Source of the DNA: Eledone cirrhosa
Lineage: Eukaryota
Length of the DNA stretch: 64,000 bases
Reading direction: 5' to 3'
NCBI GenBank assembly: GCA_964016885.1
Contig: OZ024743.1
Span: 32,860,001-32,924,000 of the forward strand
The notes beneath the pieces are model-generated. The model made no database searches. It had not been told where the DNA came from and saw nothing but the letters and a program-made list of their open reading frames with translations. Position numbers and translations under genes: made by a program. How positions within the stretch are numbered: the stretch's first letter is position 1; every line of letters begins with the position of its first letter. Positions 39,731 to 53,891 of the stretch are shown one piece after another.

Positions 39731-39787
39731 TGTATGTATATATATATATATAGTTTAATGTCATACCCAGGACAATATATATATACA

Positions 39788-40078
<291 letters not shown>

Positions 40079-40232
40079 TTATATATATATATATATATAT
40101 ACATATTTATATATATATATATATATACATATTTATATATATATATATATATACATATTTATATATATATATATATATACATATTTATATATATATATAT
40201 ACATATTTATATATATATATATATATATATAC

Positions 40233-40620
40233 ATATTTACAATATTAAATAAATGGAAAACTATATTTATAAAACCATATCTATTTCATTATATATATTT
40301 CGGGGATATCATATTAACAATATGCTATGCCTTCATCAGACAAAATACAATATAAACAGTTTTATAGATAAATATATTCGACATACCGTAATAAACATCA
40401 ACTTCATTTGAAGAGGTTATTGTATTTTGTCTGATGAAGGCATAGCATATTGTTAATATGATATCCCCGAAATATATATAATGAAATAGATATGGTTTTA
40501 TAAATATAGTTTTCCATTTATTTAATATTGTAAATATACTCCAAGTATTTGTCGAGTGCTTTTATATCAGTTATAAATATTTACTAGTTGTAACCCAACA
40601 ATTTTAAATATAACTTTACA
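40233..40620 (+). mobile_element. Fold-back hammerhead element: arms 40233-40352 and 40418-40537, tail to 40620
   Basis: ~120-bp inverted arms; second copy at 47220-47492. Confidence 0.85.
40423..40488 (+). ncRNA. Type I hammerhead ribozyme
   Basis: tattttgt-CTGATGA-agg...catatt(gtt)aatatg...cc-GAA-ATATATAT-A-atgaaata. Confidence 0.72.
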
Positions 40621-40684
40621 TATATACATATTTATATATATATATATATATATACATATTTATATATATATATATATATATACA

Positions 40685-40751
<67 letters not shown>

Positions 40752-40892
40752 TTATATATATATATATATATATACATATTTATATATATATATATATATA
40801 TACATATTTATATATATATATATATATATATACATATTTATATATATATATATATATATATACATATTTATATATATATATATATATATACA

Positions 40893-40929
<37 letters not shown>

Positions 40930-40956
40930 TTATATATATATATATATATACATATT

Positions 40957-40996
<40 letters not shown>

Positions 40997-40998
40997 CA

Positions 40999-41094
<96 letters not shown>

Positions 41095-41276
41095 TATATA
41101 TATATACATATTTATATATATATATACATAATACATATTTATATATATATATATACATAATACATATTTATATATATATATACATAATACATATTTATAT
41201 ATATATATATACATAATACATATTTATATATATATATATACACATATTTATATATATATATATATATACACATATT

Positions 41277-41309
<33 letters not shown>

Positions 41310-41384
41310 TTATATATATATATATATACACATATTTATATATATATATATATACACATATTTATATATATATATATATACACA

Positions 41385-41417
<33 letters not shown>

Positions 41418-41422
<5 letters not shown>

Positions 41423-41972
41423 GTTAAAACGATCAAATTTTAGTTTAGAACATTTATTTGCTGACAATTGTTTCATCCAGAGGGAAGTCTGGATTCATCG
41501 GGGCATAAGGAATGTCGAAACATGTTACTAAAATCCTAGTCATTTAGAACATTTAGGGTACATAATTGTTGTTAGTGTCATAGGCATCATGTGGAGGGTC
41601 AGGAGTTAAAAAGATATTCTGCTTGAAAGAACATAATTACAGGCAGCACTGGCTGGAAGTGTAATAGGTATAAGTAAAATTCACAAGCAAAAAAACACAG
41701 GCAACGAAGTTATAAGCAAGGAAAGTTGGTGTACAATTCAGGAGTCAATACAGTCAATAAGGCATGTATGATGGAAGAGTTATAATGCAGTTGAAATAAA
41801 CATATTTTGTGTGGGATGTTGAAGCATGTTATAATTGTTATAAATGTTTAAGATAGTGTGCAATTTGGTAGAGAGGCATGTGGTGCTAATGTAGGTATTT
41901 GTTATGTAAGGGGTAATGCAAAGCACGTGATAGAGTTGGCTATGTGCTTTTCATTTAAGTGTTTTTGTGTTA
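41418..41972 (-). mobile_element. Probable PLE 3' region between TA tracts
   Basis: Contains a hammerhead-like motif at 41459-41504; no ORF. Confidence 0.5.
41459..41504 (-). ncRNA. Hammerhead-like motif
   Basis: tgc-CCGATGA-atccaga(cttccc)tctggat-GAA-ACAATTGT-C-agca; 7-bp stem II, GUC triplet, weak stem I. Confidence 0.6.
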
Positions 41973-42004
41973 TATACATATATATAAATATATATATAAA
42001 TATG

Positions 42005-42083
<79 letters not shown>

Positions 42084-42482
42084 CAGGAAAGAAGGTTTAC
42101 ATGGTTTGCTATACAAAAAAGTTTTTAATCACATAGCTTACATTTGTTTCACTGAACTGGTATGTCTAGAGATCGCTATCCGCCTAATTTTGCGTCACTC
42201 GATTGCCAATACAGAATTATAACCAGTCAGATCTTCGGAGCATGCGAGAATGAAGAAAATACACAGGCAAGAAAAGAAAAGAAAATATGGAGTAGTTATG
42301 GCATTCAATTAGAACAATAACAACAATTACAACAATGCTATCAATAAACTATTTAAGAAGACCCTGACATTACTTAGGTGGGGGGTATATAATGTATCTA
42401 ATGTTACGGCGTGAAAACCAGCTGTCATAAGGCAAAAAGTATCGTAGTGTGTATCAATTTTAAATTATAAAGATAAGCTAGG

Positions 42483-42839
42483 TGCACTGTCATCTCGGGT
42501 AACTCCACCTGGAATTACATAGGATCCACGGCGGGTTCTTTTAAGAAAAGATGGTATGTGCACAGGCACTCTATGAAAAACCGTGCACTTATGGGTTCCA
42601 CCACCCTCGCCAGAAAAATATGGGAATTGAAGGACAGCAACGCTAGCTACACTATCAACTGGTCGAAGTTGTCGGCTGCTAAAACCTATAGTACAGGGAT
42701 GTCCTATTGCGGGCTGTGTGATCTTGAGCTATTGTATATCCTTAGAAATGTTAAAAGGCTACTTAATAATAAGTTAGAAAGATCTATCTTCTGCAGACAT
42801 AGAATAGCCACTAAATTCATAAGATTCAAACCTCCGTGA
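42483..42839 (+). pseudogene. PLE GIY-YIG endonuclease C-terminal fragment, possibly Naiad-type
   Basis: YIGST..FKKRW..H...TTLARKIWELK...CGLCDLE...LNN...CRH. Confidence 0.85.
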
Positions 42840-43543
42840 ATCGAACCAACATAACATAGCTTTAAATTAGGATACCTACTACCCACAGAAATATATTCAT
42901 TAAGTATACTATTTCCTTCACAAGTCTATACCACACAATTGTCTGTAAGTACCTCATCTACCAACAATCTTACTCCTTCTCAGCTGCTGCAATCATTTGA
43001 TCCTAGATCCTAGTTTTTCTCATTTCACTACTACAATGTTACTTTACCTTCTTTTTGCCATAATTACAATTAGCACGCTTTTCTCTTTGCATGTATGTAT
43101 ATTTTTGTACGAGTGTATATTGATGTGTATGTATGTGTCTATGTACACATATATGTGTATATATATTTATATATATATGTGTGTGTGTGTGTGCGTAGAT
43201 ATATGCGTATATTAATTCGTTAACCTCTGTATTAACTCTACTACTATTGAGCTTTGACAGTGGTCCCACTCATGTATACTGTTGAAGATGAAGAGAAAGA
43301 CTGTAAAAACTAGCTTATCTTTATAATTTAAAATTGATACACACTACGATACTTTTTGCCTTATGACAGCTGGTTTTCACGCCGTAACATTAGATACATT
43401 ATATACCCCCCACCTAAGTAATGTCAGGGTCTCCTTAAATAGTTTATTGATAGCATTGTTGTAATTGTTGTTATTGTTCTAATTGAATGCCATAACTACT
43501 CCATATTTTCTTTTCTTTTCTTGCCTGTGTATTTTCTTCATTC

Positions 43544-43662
43544 TCGCATGCGCCGAAGATCTGACTGGTTATAATTCTGTATTGGCGATCGAGTGACGCA
43601 AAATTAGGCGGATAGCGATCTCTAGACATACCAGTTCAGTGAAACAAATGTAAGCTATGTGA
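43544..43662 (+). ncRNA. Hammerhead-like motif with greatly extended stem II (mirror copy in the left arm)
   Basis: tcgcatgc[t]-CCGAAGA-t-ctgactggt...(~60 nt)...accagttcag-t-GAAA-caaatg-TA-agctatgtga. Confidence 0.55.
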
Positions 43663-43881
43663 TTAAAAACTTTTTTGTATAGCAAACCATGTAAACCTTC
43701 TTTCCTGATTTATTATTACTCCAAGTGTTTACAACATAGGAATTACAGCATACCAGCAGCATCACTATGAGAACGCCTTGTTGAGTCAAACCAAGCCAAG
43801 CGTTAATATCATCCACTACCTGGAATACCATAACTGGACTTCACCTAAGTGGACTGCATTTAACTATTATTTGTTAATCCG

Positions 43882-43920
<39 letters not shown>

Positions 43921-43922
43921 AA

Positions 43923-44031
<109 letters not shown>

Positions 44032-44108
44032 TGTATATATATTACAATTCGGACACATGTATGTTTATATTAGTGTTCATCTCTCTTGTATATTCAATTA
44101 TATATATA

Positions 44109-44147
<39 letters not shown>

Positions 44148-44164
44148 ACATACTTTATAGTATA

Positions 44165-46449
44165 TGAGGAAAGAAAGTTCAAGCATGTTCTACAACGCGA
44201 TGACCAAAAACGTGAGGTGTTCAGGATTGCTAGGCAATGCGTCAAGGAAAACCGTGATATTGTCGGGGAGAAGTGTGTACTTAACGATGATGGCATACTT
44301 GCCATCACCGACACTGATAAGAAGGTAGCTTGGAAGTGTCACTATGAAAGGCTACTAAATGAGGAGAATAAATGGGAGAAAGACAGTCTCCCCCATATCG
44401 ACCCAATAGAGGGACCAGCAGTGTTAGTCGAGGGGAGTATAATAAGTAAGGCAATCAAGGATATGAAGACGGGTAAGGCGGCTGGGCCTTCGGAAATAGT
44501 TGCTGAGATGCTGAAGGCATCTGGCACGGTGGGACACACCATGGTCACCCGCATAGTTAACCAAGTCGTACAGAATGGGGTTGTTCCGAAGGACTGGCAT
44601 AGCAGCATCATCGTTAACTGTTATAAGGGTAAAGGAGACGCCCTAGATAGGAGTAACTATAGAGGCATTAAATTAATCGACCAGGTCATGAAGGTCACGG
44701 AAAAAGTAATAGCGCAACTAATCAGAGAGAGAATTGACCTAGATGAAATGCAGTTCGGGTTTGTGTCAGGCAAAAGCACCACAGACGCTCTTTTCATAGT
44801 ACGACAACTACAGGAGAAGTACCTAGCTAAAGGTAAACCCCTCTACTTAGCTTTTGTCGACCTGGAGAAAGCCTTCGACAGAGTCCCCCGCTCCATTATC
44901 TGGTGGGCTCTTAGAAAACTAGGCGTTGATGAATGGCTTGTGAGGGCTATACAAGCCATGTATAAAGAAACAGTCAGCAAGGTTAGAATTAACAACGAAT
45001 ATAGTGAAGAGTTTAGCGTAAAAGTTGGCGTCCATCAGGGCTCTGTTCTCAGCCCCCTACTATTTATTATTGCCCTTCAGGCTATAACAGAGGAGTTCAA
45101 GACAGGCTGCCCATGGGAACTCCTATACGCAGACGACCTGACATTCATAGCGGAATCAATGGCCGAGCTAGAGAAGAAATTCCAAACATGGAAGCACGGC
45201 CTAGAGTCAAAAGGACTTAAAATTAACCTGGCTAAGACCAAAGTTCTAGTTTGTAGGAAAGAAAACAAGGCGGCGGTCCCTTCTGGGAAATGGTCGTGCT
45301 CGGTGTGTAGGAAAGGCGTAGGTAGAAACTCCATTTTATGTCCTAAATGCAAAGTATGGGTGCATAAAAGATGTAGTGGGATCACAGGTAAGCTAACTAA
45401 GAACATAGATTTTACATGTGGCCGGTGTTCTGGTGCAATAAGTAGCAGCAAGTGCCCACACAATACTAGCTCTTTCAATTGCGCAGAGGGTTCTATAGAA
45501 ATAGTGGACAGCTTCCGTTACCTGGGCGATAAAATCAGCAGTGGGGGAGGGTGCTCTGAAAGTACTGTAGCTAGAGTCAGAACTGGTTGGAAAAAGTTCA
45601 GAGAGCTTATACCACTATTAGCTGCTAAAGGGTTCTCCCTAAAAATGAAAGGCAGGTTGTACGATGCCTGCATACGAACAGCAATGTTGCATGGCAGTGA
45701 GACCTGGGCATTGTGTGCAGAGGATATACGCAGACTAGAGAGGAACGAAGCTTGCATGCTCCGCTGGATGTGTAACAGTAATATACGTGAACGGCAAAGC
45801 ATAAACGAACTAAGGAAAAAATTAGAGATAAGAGGGATCAGATGTTGTTTACTCGAGAGAAGGCTACGTTGGTATGGACACGTGATGCGCATGAAAGCCG
45901 ATAGCTGTATAACAAAGTGCAGGGCAATAAAGATAGACGGTAGCCACGGAATAGGCAGACCTAGAAAAACCTGGGATGAGCTGATAAACTCCGACCTCAC
46001 ACACTTACACCTCTCCAAGACAATGTCACTGGACCGAGACCTTTGGCGGTACTCAGTAACAGAGAAGACCCGCCTTGCCAGTAGGCATCTCTAACAAAAT
46101 ACACCCCGTCCCGCCACCACCCCCACCCCATCCACACCACCCGTTCTATGTAAAGTTATGTTGGTGCCGCGCCATCCAGGCCGAAACAAATGAGATCGTG
46201 TAGGTGTCACGACAAAAAAACACACAGTCCACGCTGTAATGTGGCCGTGTAGGCAACACGGTAAAAACCTCCCAGACCCACACTGTAAATGTGGTTGGTG
46301 TTAGGAAGGGCATCCAACTGTAGAAAACCTGCCAGACAGTCCTATGCGAGCAAGACAATCACTCTTGCCTCAAGTGGGACTACCCCCGTCCAAACCCATG
46401 CAAGCGTGGAACACGGACGTTAAACGTTGATGATGATGATGATGATGAT
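44165..46449 (+). mobile_element. Young 5'-truncated RTE LINE copy 1; uninterrupted RT+PHD frame to 46094
   Basis: All RT motifs ([33 protein letters not shown]); (GAT)n tail. Confidence 0.97.
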
Positions 46450-46772
46450 ATATATACTATAAAGTATGTCTATAGAATCATTTGATGTATGTGTGTGTGT
46501 TGTTTGTTACTCACAGCTATTAACCATGGGCTTATTTTAAGTCGTTTATATGTATCTCGGCTCTGTAAAACAATTGAAAATTTGCATTGAGCCTTTTGTC
46601 ATACCGGTAACTGGCTAGTACTTACTACTACCCTACATATTTATAGTTATATCAAACATATATAAATATAAATATTCCTATTACTATATATATATACATA
46701 TTTATATATATATCATCCAAACCCATGCAAGCGTGGAACACGGACGTTAAACGTTGATGATGATGATGATGA

Positions 46773-47065
46773 TCATCATCATCATCATCATTTTACGTCC
46801 GCTATTCCCTGCTTGCAAGGGTGGGAACGGGAACTGATTCTGGCTTGATTTCTACAGCTGGATGCCCTTCCTAACACCAACCTCATTTACAGTGAGTGCT
46901 GGGTGCTTTTTTGCCGTGGCACCTCCACGACCACTTTGCAGTGGAATGATATGGACCCCAGTCCCTATCATCTCATTTCTACAGCTGAGTAAACTGGAGC
47001 AATGTGAAATAAAGTGTCTTGCTCAAGGAAACAACACATCACCCAGAGGAAACAACACATCACCC
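46773..47065 (-). mobile_element. 5'-truncated SINE family A abutting a short RTE tail (46714-46772)
   Basis: Near-identical to 7743-8020. Confidence 0.85.
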
Positions 47066-47294
47066 ATATATAGATAAATACATATTTATATATATATATA
47101 TATATATATTTCGTTTCTGAATTTGTTTAGCAAGATTCTTTATCTGAAATCGTGTGTTGAAACCGATATTGTTATACTTTGGGAGGGTCATGTTGCCAAT
47201 AAGAATATATATATATATAAATCAACTTTTTAAATGGAAGTTGCATTATTTATAAGGTATCTCAAAAATTATTTATAAAACAGCTTATGTATTG

Positions 47295-47360
47295 TATTTT
47301 GTCTGAGGAAGGCATACCATATTTTTAATATGATATCCCTGAAATATATATAACGAAGTA
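47295..47360 (+). ncRNA. Type I hammerhead ribozyme, second copy of the 40.4-kb family (element 47220-47492)
   Basis: tattttgt-CTGAGGA-...-GAA-ATATATAT-A-acgaagta. Confidence 0.68.
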
Positions 47361-47501
47361 AATATGGTTTTATAAATATAGTTTCCATTTGTTTAATATC
47401 GTAAACCTACTCCAGAAACTGTTGAGTGCTTTTATATCAGTTATAAAATATTTACTCGTTGTAACCCAACAATCTTAAATAAAACTTTTGCATATAAATA
47501 T

Positions 47502-47550
<49 letters not shown>

Positions 47551-47826
47551 AATATATGTATATATATATATACATATATAAATATGTATATATATATAGT
47601 AATAAGAATATTTATATTTATATATGTTTGATATAACTATAAATATGTAGGGTAGTAGTAAGTACTAGCCAGTTACCGGTATGACAAAAGGCTCAATGCA
47701 AATTTTCAATTGTTTTACAGAGCCGAGATACATATAAACGACTTAAAATAAGCCCATGGTTAATAGCTGTGAGTAACAAACAACACACACACATACATCA
47801 AATGATTCTATAGACATACTTTATAG

Positions 47827-47893
<67 letters not shown>

Positions 47894-47905
47894 TATAAAG
47901 TATGT

Positions 47906-47950
<45 letters not shown>

Positions 47951-48028
47951 TATACAAGAGAGATGAACACTAATATAAACATACATGTGTCCGAATTGTA
48001 ATATATATATATATATATATATACATAT

Positions 48029-48162
<134 letters not shown>

Positions 48163-48267
48163 ATTTATATATATATTTATATATATGTATATACATATAT
48201 ATATATATGTTTATATATACATACACATATATATATATATATATATATAAATATTTATATATATATA

Positions 48268-50751
48268 TTCAAAAAACGTGACAATCACCTGATCACCTAT
48301 AGATCCGGGGAACACACAAGCCAGGTAGATTATATCCTTACCAGAAGACGTGACAGAGTGTCTGTTGTAAACACTAAATCCCTCCCCCATGAAGAATGCA
48401 CCTCCCAACATAGACTGATAATTAGCGACCTCATAGTCAGGTCGAGACGTACTCGACAGCAGAAGAGGACTATCCTCAGGAGAAAAATATGGAAGCTAAA
48501 GGACCCCACAGCCAAAAATAAATTTCAAAACATATTACTTGATGCTTTCGACAGTAAGGAAGAACACTTAGAGTCGGACAATATAGAGGGACAGTGGGAA
48601 TTTCTGAAAGCAAACCTGCTGTTGGCCACAGACGAAGTCTGTGGCTGGAGCAGGCCTGTAGGCAGGAGGAGAGTAACATGGTGGTGGAACAGTAAGGTGG
48701 AGGAGTCAATTAAGGCCAAAAAGCAGGCTTGGAAAGTATGGCGGGATGGGGGAAGTAGAGTAGACTATCAAGTGGCCAGGAGGGAAGCTAGGAGAGAAGT
48801 GTACTTAGCAAGAAGGGAAGCTGAGGAAAGAAAGTTCAAGCATGTCCTACAACGCGATGACCAAAAACGTGAGGTGTTCAGGATTGCTAGGCAATGCGTC
48901 AAGGAAAACCGTGATATTGTCGGGGAGAAGTGTGTACTTAACGATGATGGCATACTTGCCATCACCGACACTGATAAGAAGGCAGCTTGGAAGTGTCACT
49001 ATGAAAGGCTACTAAATGAGGAGAATAAATGGGAGAAAGACAGTCTCCCCCATGTCGACCCAATAGAGGGACCAGCAGTGTTAGTCGAGGGGAGTATAAT
49101 AAGTAAGGCAATCAAGGATATGAAGACAGGTAAGGCGGCTGGGCCTTCGGAAATAGTTGCTGAGATGCTGAAGGCATCTGGCACGGTGGGACACACCATG
49201 GTCACCCGCATAGTTAACCAAGTCGTACAGAATGGGGTTGTTCCGAAGGACTGGCATAGCAGCATCATCGTTAACTGTTATAAGGGTAAAGGAGACGCCC
49301 TAGATAGGAGTAACTATAGAGGCATTAAATTAATCGACCAGGTCATGAAGGTCACAGAAAAAGTAATAGCGCAACTAATCAGAGAGAGAATTGACCTAGA
49401 TGAAATGCAGTTCGGGTTTGTGTCAGGCAAAAGTACCACAGACGCTCTTTTCATAGTACGACAACTACAGGAGAAGTACCTAGCTAAAGGTAAACCCCTC
49501 TACTTAGCTTTTGTCGACTTGGAGAAAGCCTTCGACAGAGTCCCCCGCTCCATTATCTGGTGGGCTCTTAGAAAACTAGGCGTTGACGAATGGCTTGTGA
49601 GGGCTATACAAGCCATGTATAAAGAAACAGTCAGCAAGGTTAGAATTAACAACGAATATAGTGAAGAGTTTAGCGTAAAAGTTGGCGTCCATCAGGGCTC
49701 TGTTCTCAGCCCCCTACTATTTATTATTGCCCTTCAGGCTATAACAGAGGAGTTCAAGACAGGCTGCCCATGGGAACTCCTATACGCAGACGACCTGACA
49801 CTCATAGCGGAATCAATGGCCGAGCTAGAGAAGAAATTCCAAACATGGAAGCACGGCCTAGAGTCAAAAGGACTTAAAATTAACCTGGCTAAGACCAAAG
49901 TTCTAGTTTGTAGGAAAGAAAACAAGGCGGCGGTCCCTTCTGGGAAATGGTCGTGCTCGGTGTGTAGGAAAGGCGTAGGTAGAAACTCCATTTTGTGTCC
50001 TAAATGCAAAGTATGGGTGCATAAAAGATGTAGTGGGATCACAGGTAAGCTAACTAAGAACATAGATTTTACATGTGGCCGGTGTTCTGGTGCAATAAGT
50101 AGCAGCAAGTGCCCACACAATACTAGCTCTTTCAATTGCGCAGAGGGTTCTATAGAAATAGTGGACAGCTTCCGTTACCTGGGCGATAAAATCAGCAGTG
50201 GGGGAGGGTGCTCTGAAAGTACTGTAGCTAGAGTCAGAACTGGTTGGAAAAAGTTCAGAGAGCTTATACCACTATTAGCTGCTAAAGGGTTCTCCCTAAA
50301 AATGAAAGGCAGGTTGTACGATGCCTGCATACGAACAGCAATGTTGCATGGCAGTGAGACCTGGGCATTGTGTGCAGAGGATATACGCAGACTAGAGAGG
50401 AACGAAGCTTGCATGCTCCGCTGGATGTGTAACAGTAATATACGTGAACGGCAAAGCATAAACGAACTAAGGAAAAAATTAGAGATAAGAGGGATCAGAT
50501 GTTGTTTACTCGAGAGAAGGCTACGTTGGTATGGACACGTGATGCGCATGAAAGTCGATAGCTGTATAACAAAGTGCAGGGCAATAAAGATAGACGGTAG
50601 CCACGGAATAGGCAGACCTAGAAAAACCTGGGACGAGCTGATAAACTCCGACCTCACACACTTACACCTCTCCAAGACAATGTCACTGGACCGAGACCTT
50701 TGGCGGTACTCAGTAACAGAGAAGACCCGCCTTGCCAGTAGGCATCTCTAA
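48268..50751 (+). CDS. RTE ORF, 5' partial: end of APE, reverse transcriptase, internal PHD-like finger
   Basis: 797-aa track ORF plus an in-frame upstream extension. Confidence 0.9.
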   Translation, partial: FKKRDNHLITYRSGEHTSQVDYILTRRRDRVSVVNTKSLPHEECTSQHRLIISDLIVRSRRTRQQKRTILRRKIWKLKDPTAKNKFQNILLDAFDSKEEHLESDNIEGQWEFLKANLLLATDEVCGWSRPVGRRRVTWWWNSKVEESIKAKKQAWKVWRDGGSRVDYQVARREARREVYLARREAEERKFKHVLQRDDQKREVFRIARQCVKENRDIVGEKCVLNDDGILAITDTDKKAAWKCHYERLLNEENKWEKDSLPHVDPIEGPAVLVEGSIISKAIKDMKTGKAAGPSEIVAEMLKASGTVGHTMVTRIVNQVVQNGVVPKDWHSSIIVNCYKGKGDALDRSNYRGIKLIDQVMKVTEKVIAQLIRERIDLDEMQFGFVSGKSTTDALFIVRQLQEKYLAKGKPLYLAFVDLEKAFDRVPRSIIWWALRKLGVDEWLVRAIQAMYKETVSKVRINNEYSEEFSVKVGVHQGSVLSPLLFIIALQAITEEFKTGCPWELLYADDLTLIAESMAELEKKFQTWKHGLESKGLKINLAKTKVLVCRKENKAAVPSGKWSCSVCRKGVGRNSILCPKCKVWVHKRCSGITGKLTKNIDFTCGRCSGAISSSKCPHNTSSFNCAEGSIEIVDSFRYLGDKISSGGGCSESTVARVRTGWKKFRELIPLLAAKGFSLKMKGRLYDACIRTAMLHGSETWALCAEDIRRLERNEACMLRWMCNSNIRERQSINELRKKLEIRGIRCCLLERRLRWYGHVMRMKVDSCITKCRAIKIDGSHGIGRPRKTWDELINSDLTHLHLSKTMSLDRDLWRYSVTEKTRLASRHL

Positions 50752-51109
50752 CAAAATACACCCCGTCCCACCACCACCACCCCCACCCCATCCACACCAC
50801 CCCGTCCTATGTAAAGTTATGTTGGTGCCGCGCCATCCGGGCCGAAACAAATGAGATCGTGTAGGTGTCACGACAAAAAACACACAGTCCACGCTGTAAT
50901 GTGGCCGTGTAGGCAACACGGTAAAAACCTCCCAGACCCACACTGTAAATGTGGTTGGTGTTAGGAAGGGCATCCAACTGTAGAAAACCTGCCAGACAGT
51001 CCTATGCGAGCAAGACAATCACTCTTGCCTCAAGTGGGACTACCCCCGTCCAAACCCACGCAAGCGTGGAACACGGACGTTAAACGTTGATGATGATGAT
51101 GATGATGAT
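48268..51109 (+). mobile_element. Young RTE LINE copy 2, truncated inside the APE domain
   Basis: Open frame 48268-50751 beginning [14 protein letters not shown]...VDYIL...SQHR; nearly identical to copy 1. Confidence 0.97.
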
Positions 51110-51113
51110 ACAC

Positions 51114-51156
<43 letters not shown>

Positions 51157-51377
51157 TACATACACACATATATATATATAATATATAAACATATTTATAT
51201 ATATTACATATATATATATATGAAGGGCATCCAGCCGTAGAAAACCTGCCAGACAGTCCTATACAAGTGAGAAAACCAATCTTGCCTCAAGTGGGACAAC
51301 TCCTGTCTAAACCCATGCTAGTGTGGAAGATATACGTTAAACGACGATGATGATGATATATATATATATCATTATCA

Positions 51378-51560
51378 TGGATTGGCAGTATCGGTAGAGG
51401 GTCGGACGCCATGATTTCCAGCATAGTTACGTCCCTTTACGGTCTGAGTTCAAATCCCGTCGAGGTTAACTTTGCCTTTCATCCTTACGGGGTCGATAAA
51501 ATAAAGAACCAGTAATGTACTGGGTAATTGCTGGCCTTGTGCCAAAAATAGAAACAATTA
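51378..51560 (+). mobile_element. SINE family B
   Basis: Matches 36368-36545; RTE-tail fragments on both sides (51222-51357 plus, 51560-51740 minus). Confidence 0.85.
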
Positions 51561-52944
51561 TCATCATCTTCACCGATTTATGCCTATTTTCCATGTTTGC
51601 ATAGGTTAGACAGGTTGTCACATTTAGAGGCTAAACAGGTCATATGGCCATGTCTTGCTTATACAATCCATTCTAGCATGTATTCCCCAGCTGGATGCCT
51701 TTCCTAATGCCAACCACTTCATGGCATGTAGCAGCTGCATTTCATCAAGGTATTGTCCTTTTCGCCTGATAGGGTGGACTGCATACTTTTTATCATAAAA
51801 CTAGCAGAGCCTTTTTATAGAGTAAACTGTGTATATTTTATCGGTGCACCAACATTGCCATTTTTTTAAACTAGGGCTGTTATTGTGTCCTCCTTGGCCA
51901 GGCCAAGAAGTCAGTGATAGCAGCAGTGAGGATGAGAGAAGCTATATGTTCCTTACCAAAGGAGGGGGTGTGAGAGAGGGGTGTATTTAAAGTGAGTGAG
52001 AGATATTAACCAGGTTGAGAAAGCAGAGATAAAAAGGGAGGGGTTCAAGCTGCATTGCTTGCTGGAGCAGGTGGTGGGACAAAAAAGGTGTCCTTAATTA
52101 GAATGGGTGATATCTATCAGTGACATCTGGCAACACCTTATGAAGGCGTGTCTGTGTTTCCAAGCTGGCATGGGTTGGGGAGGTAAAGAAGAATCAGGTA
52201 TGTGAATGGGATGGACATCTATCTAGAGGGGACTTAGATAGTAAAGGAAGGGGCATGATGACATTAAAAAATATACATATATGTAAAGGAAAATAATGTT
52301 TTCTCACATGAGTATGAGTATATAGAAAAGAAGTTGAAAATACACTTGAGATTCTGAAAAGATGTATTAACAAAGTTAAGATAGATATGTGTGATGAAAA
52401 ACCTTGATGAACTAATGAATACCAAATAATAAAGCTGAAGGGAAAAATCAAATAGTGATGTGTTTTTATTGTTATATATATTTCTTTGTGATACCTTACA
52501 ATCATTCCTACATGTGAGTGTGCCTGTATATGTACATACAAGTACACATACTTGGTGAACTGCAATTATGTGTGCATGTGAACATACATGTGAACATACA
52601 GATTTACCCAACTGAACATCCATTGTAATTCCTTGCATTGGTCATCACTCACAACACTATGCATCCTTCATATCTTCACAGCTTTGCACAGACAAACACA
52701 CACACACAGGCATACAACTCAAAATATACAAGGATATTCTTACTTTTAAAAACACTCACATATCTAGGATATCATGTGCTTCCTCAATGTGAAATATATT
52801 TTTTTCATTTCCTCTTCTTACTCTCTATTTTTTTCTATTTCTTCTCTTTTTTATTCTAATGAAAGACTAATGTTCGAAATGTTAAGACACTTTTGCTACT
52901 ATATCAAGGGTTAGACTAATATATATCTTCATTGAACTGTATGT

Positions 52945-53190
52945 GAAGGCACGTTGTCTAGTGGTAAAGGTGTTGGACTTATAATCAGTCTTGGGTTCAA
53001 TTCCTGGGTTCGGTTGCATGTGTGTTCTTGAGCAAAACACTTCATTTCACATTACTCCAGTATATTCAGCTGAAATGAGTACCAGCAATAGCTGGGAGTT
53101 TAACCCTGTGATGGACTGGCATCCTGTCCAGCAGGGAGTCTTTTACTCTGAGTTGCTTCACACCATGAAATCAGCCTAATAAGCCTACTT
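52945..53190 (+). mobile_element. tRNA-derived SINE, family A-like head with another tail
   Basis: TAGTGGTAAAGG, GGTTCAATTCC, CTTGAGCAAAACACTT. Confidence 0.7.
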
Positions 53191-53860
53191 GCTTAAAACA
53201 GACTTTAGATTGTACTGTATTATTATTCCCCTGTGTTGTTTTTTCATTTGTTTTTCACACACACTATATATATATCTGGCGATGGAGATGATGATATACA
53301 TGTGTGTGTGTGTGTAATCTCTCTTAATATTTTTCCTATTCCATTCCTCATCATATATCTAAATCACAGTATTCTATTCAAGTAGCTCCTCTAAAACTCT
53401 GTCATTTCAGTTTGCATATTAAAATTGTAAAATATCCATTCCACAAAATATTGCTGTTCTCTTTCATTGTTCAAGCAATAGTCAGCTTATTATTGTCATG
53501 TTTAGAAATTTACTTTACATTAGTTATTTTCCAATTATTTTCTATAATAAGTTTTAATTACTCTATTTTTTGTGAACGTTTCTTTCAAATGCTGCATTTT
53601 CCCTTTGAAATGTTTTGCAGTGAAAATAGGGCTATATTCTCTATAAGCTAGGATATATTATGTAGATTGCCAATTTTCCATATATGAAATCCTATGATTC
53701 AAAGATTATTCCTTTATATGAAACTTGTATGTTGGATTTAATTGAATTGAATTGCATTGGATGGTTGGACCTATGGGTATATATATCTCCAAAACAGGGG
53801 GCACACAGGACAAAGCCACACCAGATATATATAACTACATTTGTTCATCCAGTCCTAGTG

Positions 53861-53891
<31 letters not shown>

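Larger units (their letters stand above)
42079..43881 (+). mobile_element. 5'-truncated Penelope-like element with inverted terminal duplication (42079-42481 and 43310-43711)
   Basis: ~400-bp inverted arms around a GIY-YIG fragment; unique tail to 43881; flanked by TA. Confidence 0.9.

Noticed and set aside
45077-46018. Antisense ORFs over RTE copies (also 8427-9488 and 49734-50675)
   Set aside because: Shadow frames of the RT coding strand with no recognisable domains.
52856-52887. CTAATGA...GAAA possible decayed hammerhead
   Set aside because: G5 is mutated and the stems are too weak to call.
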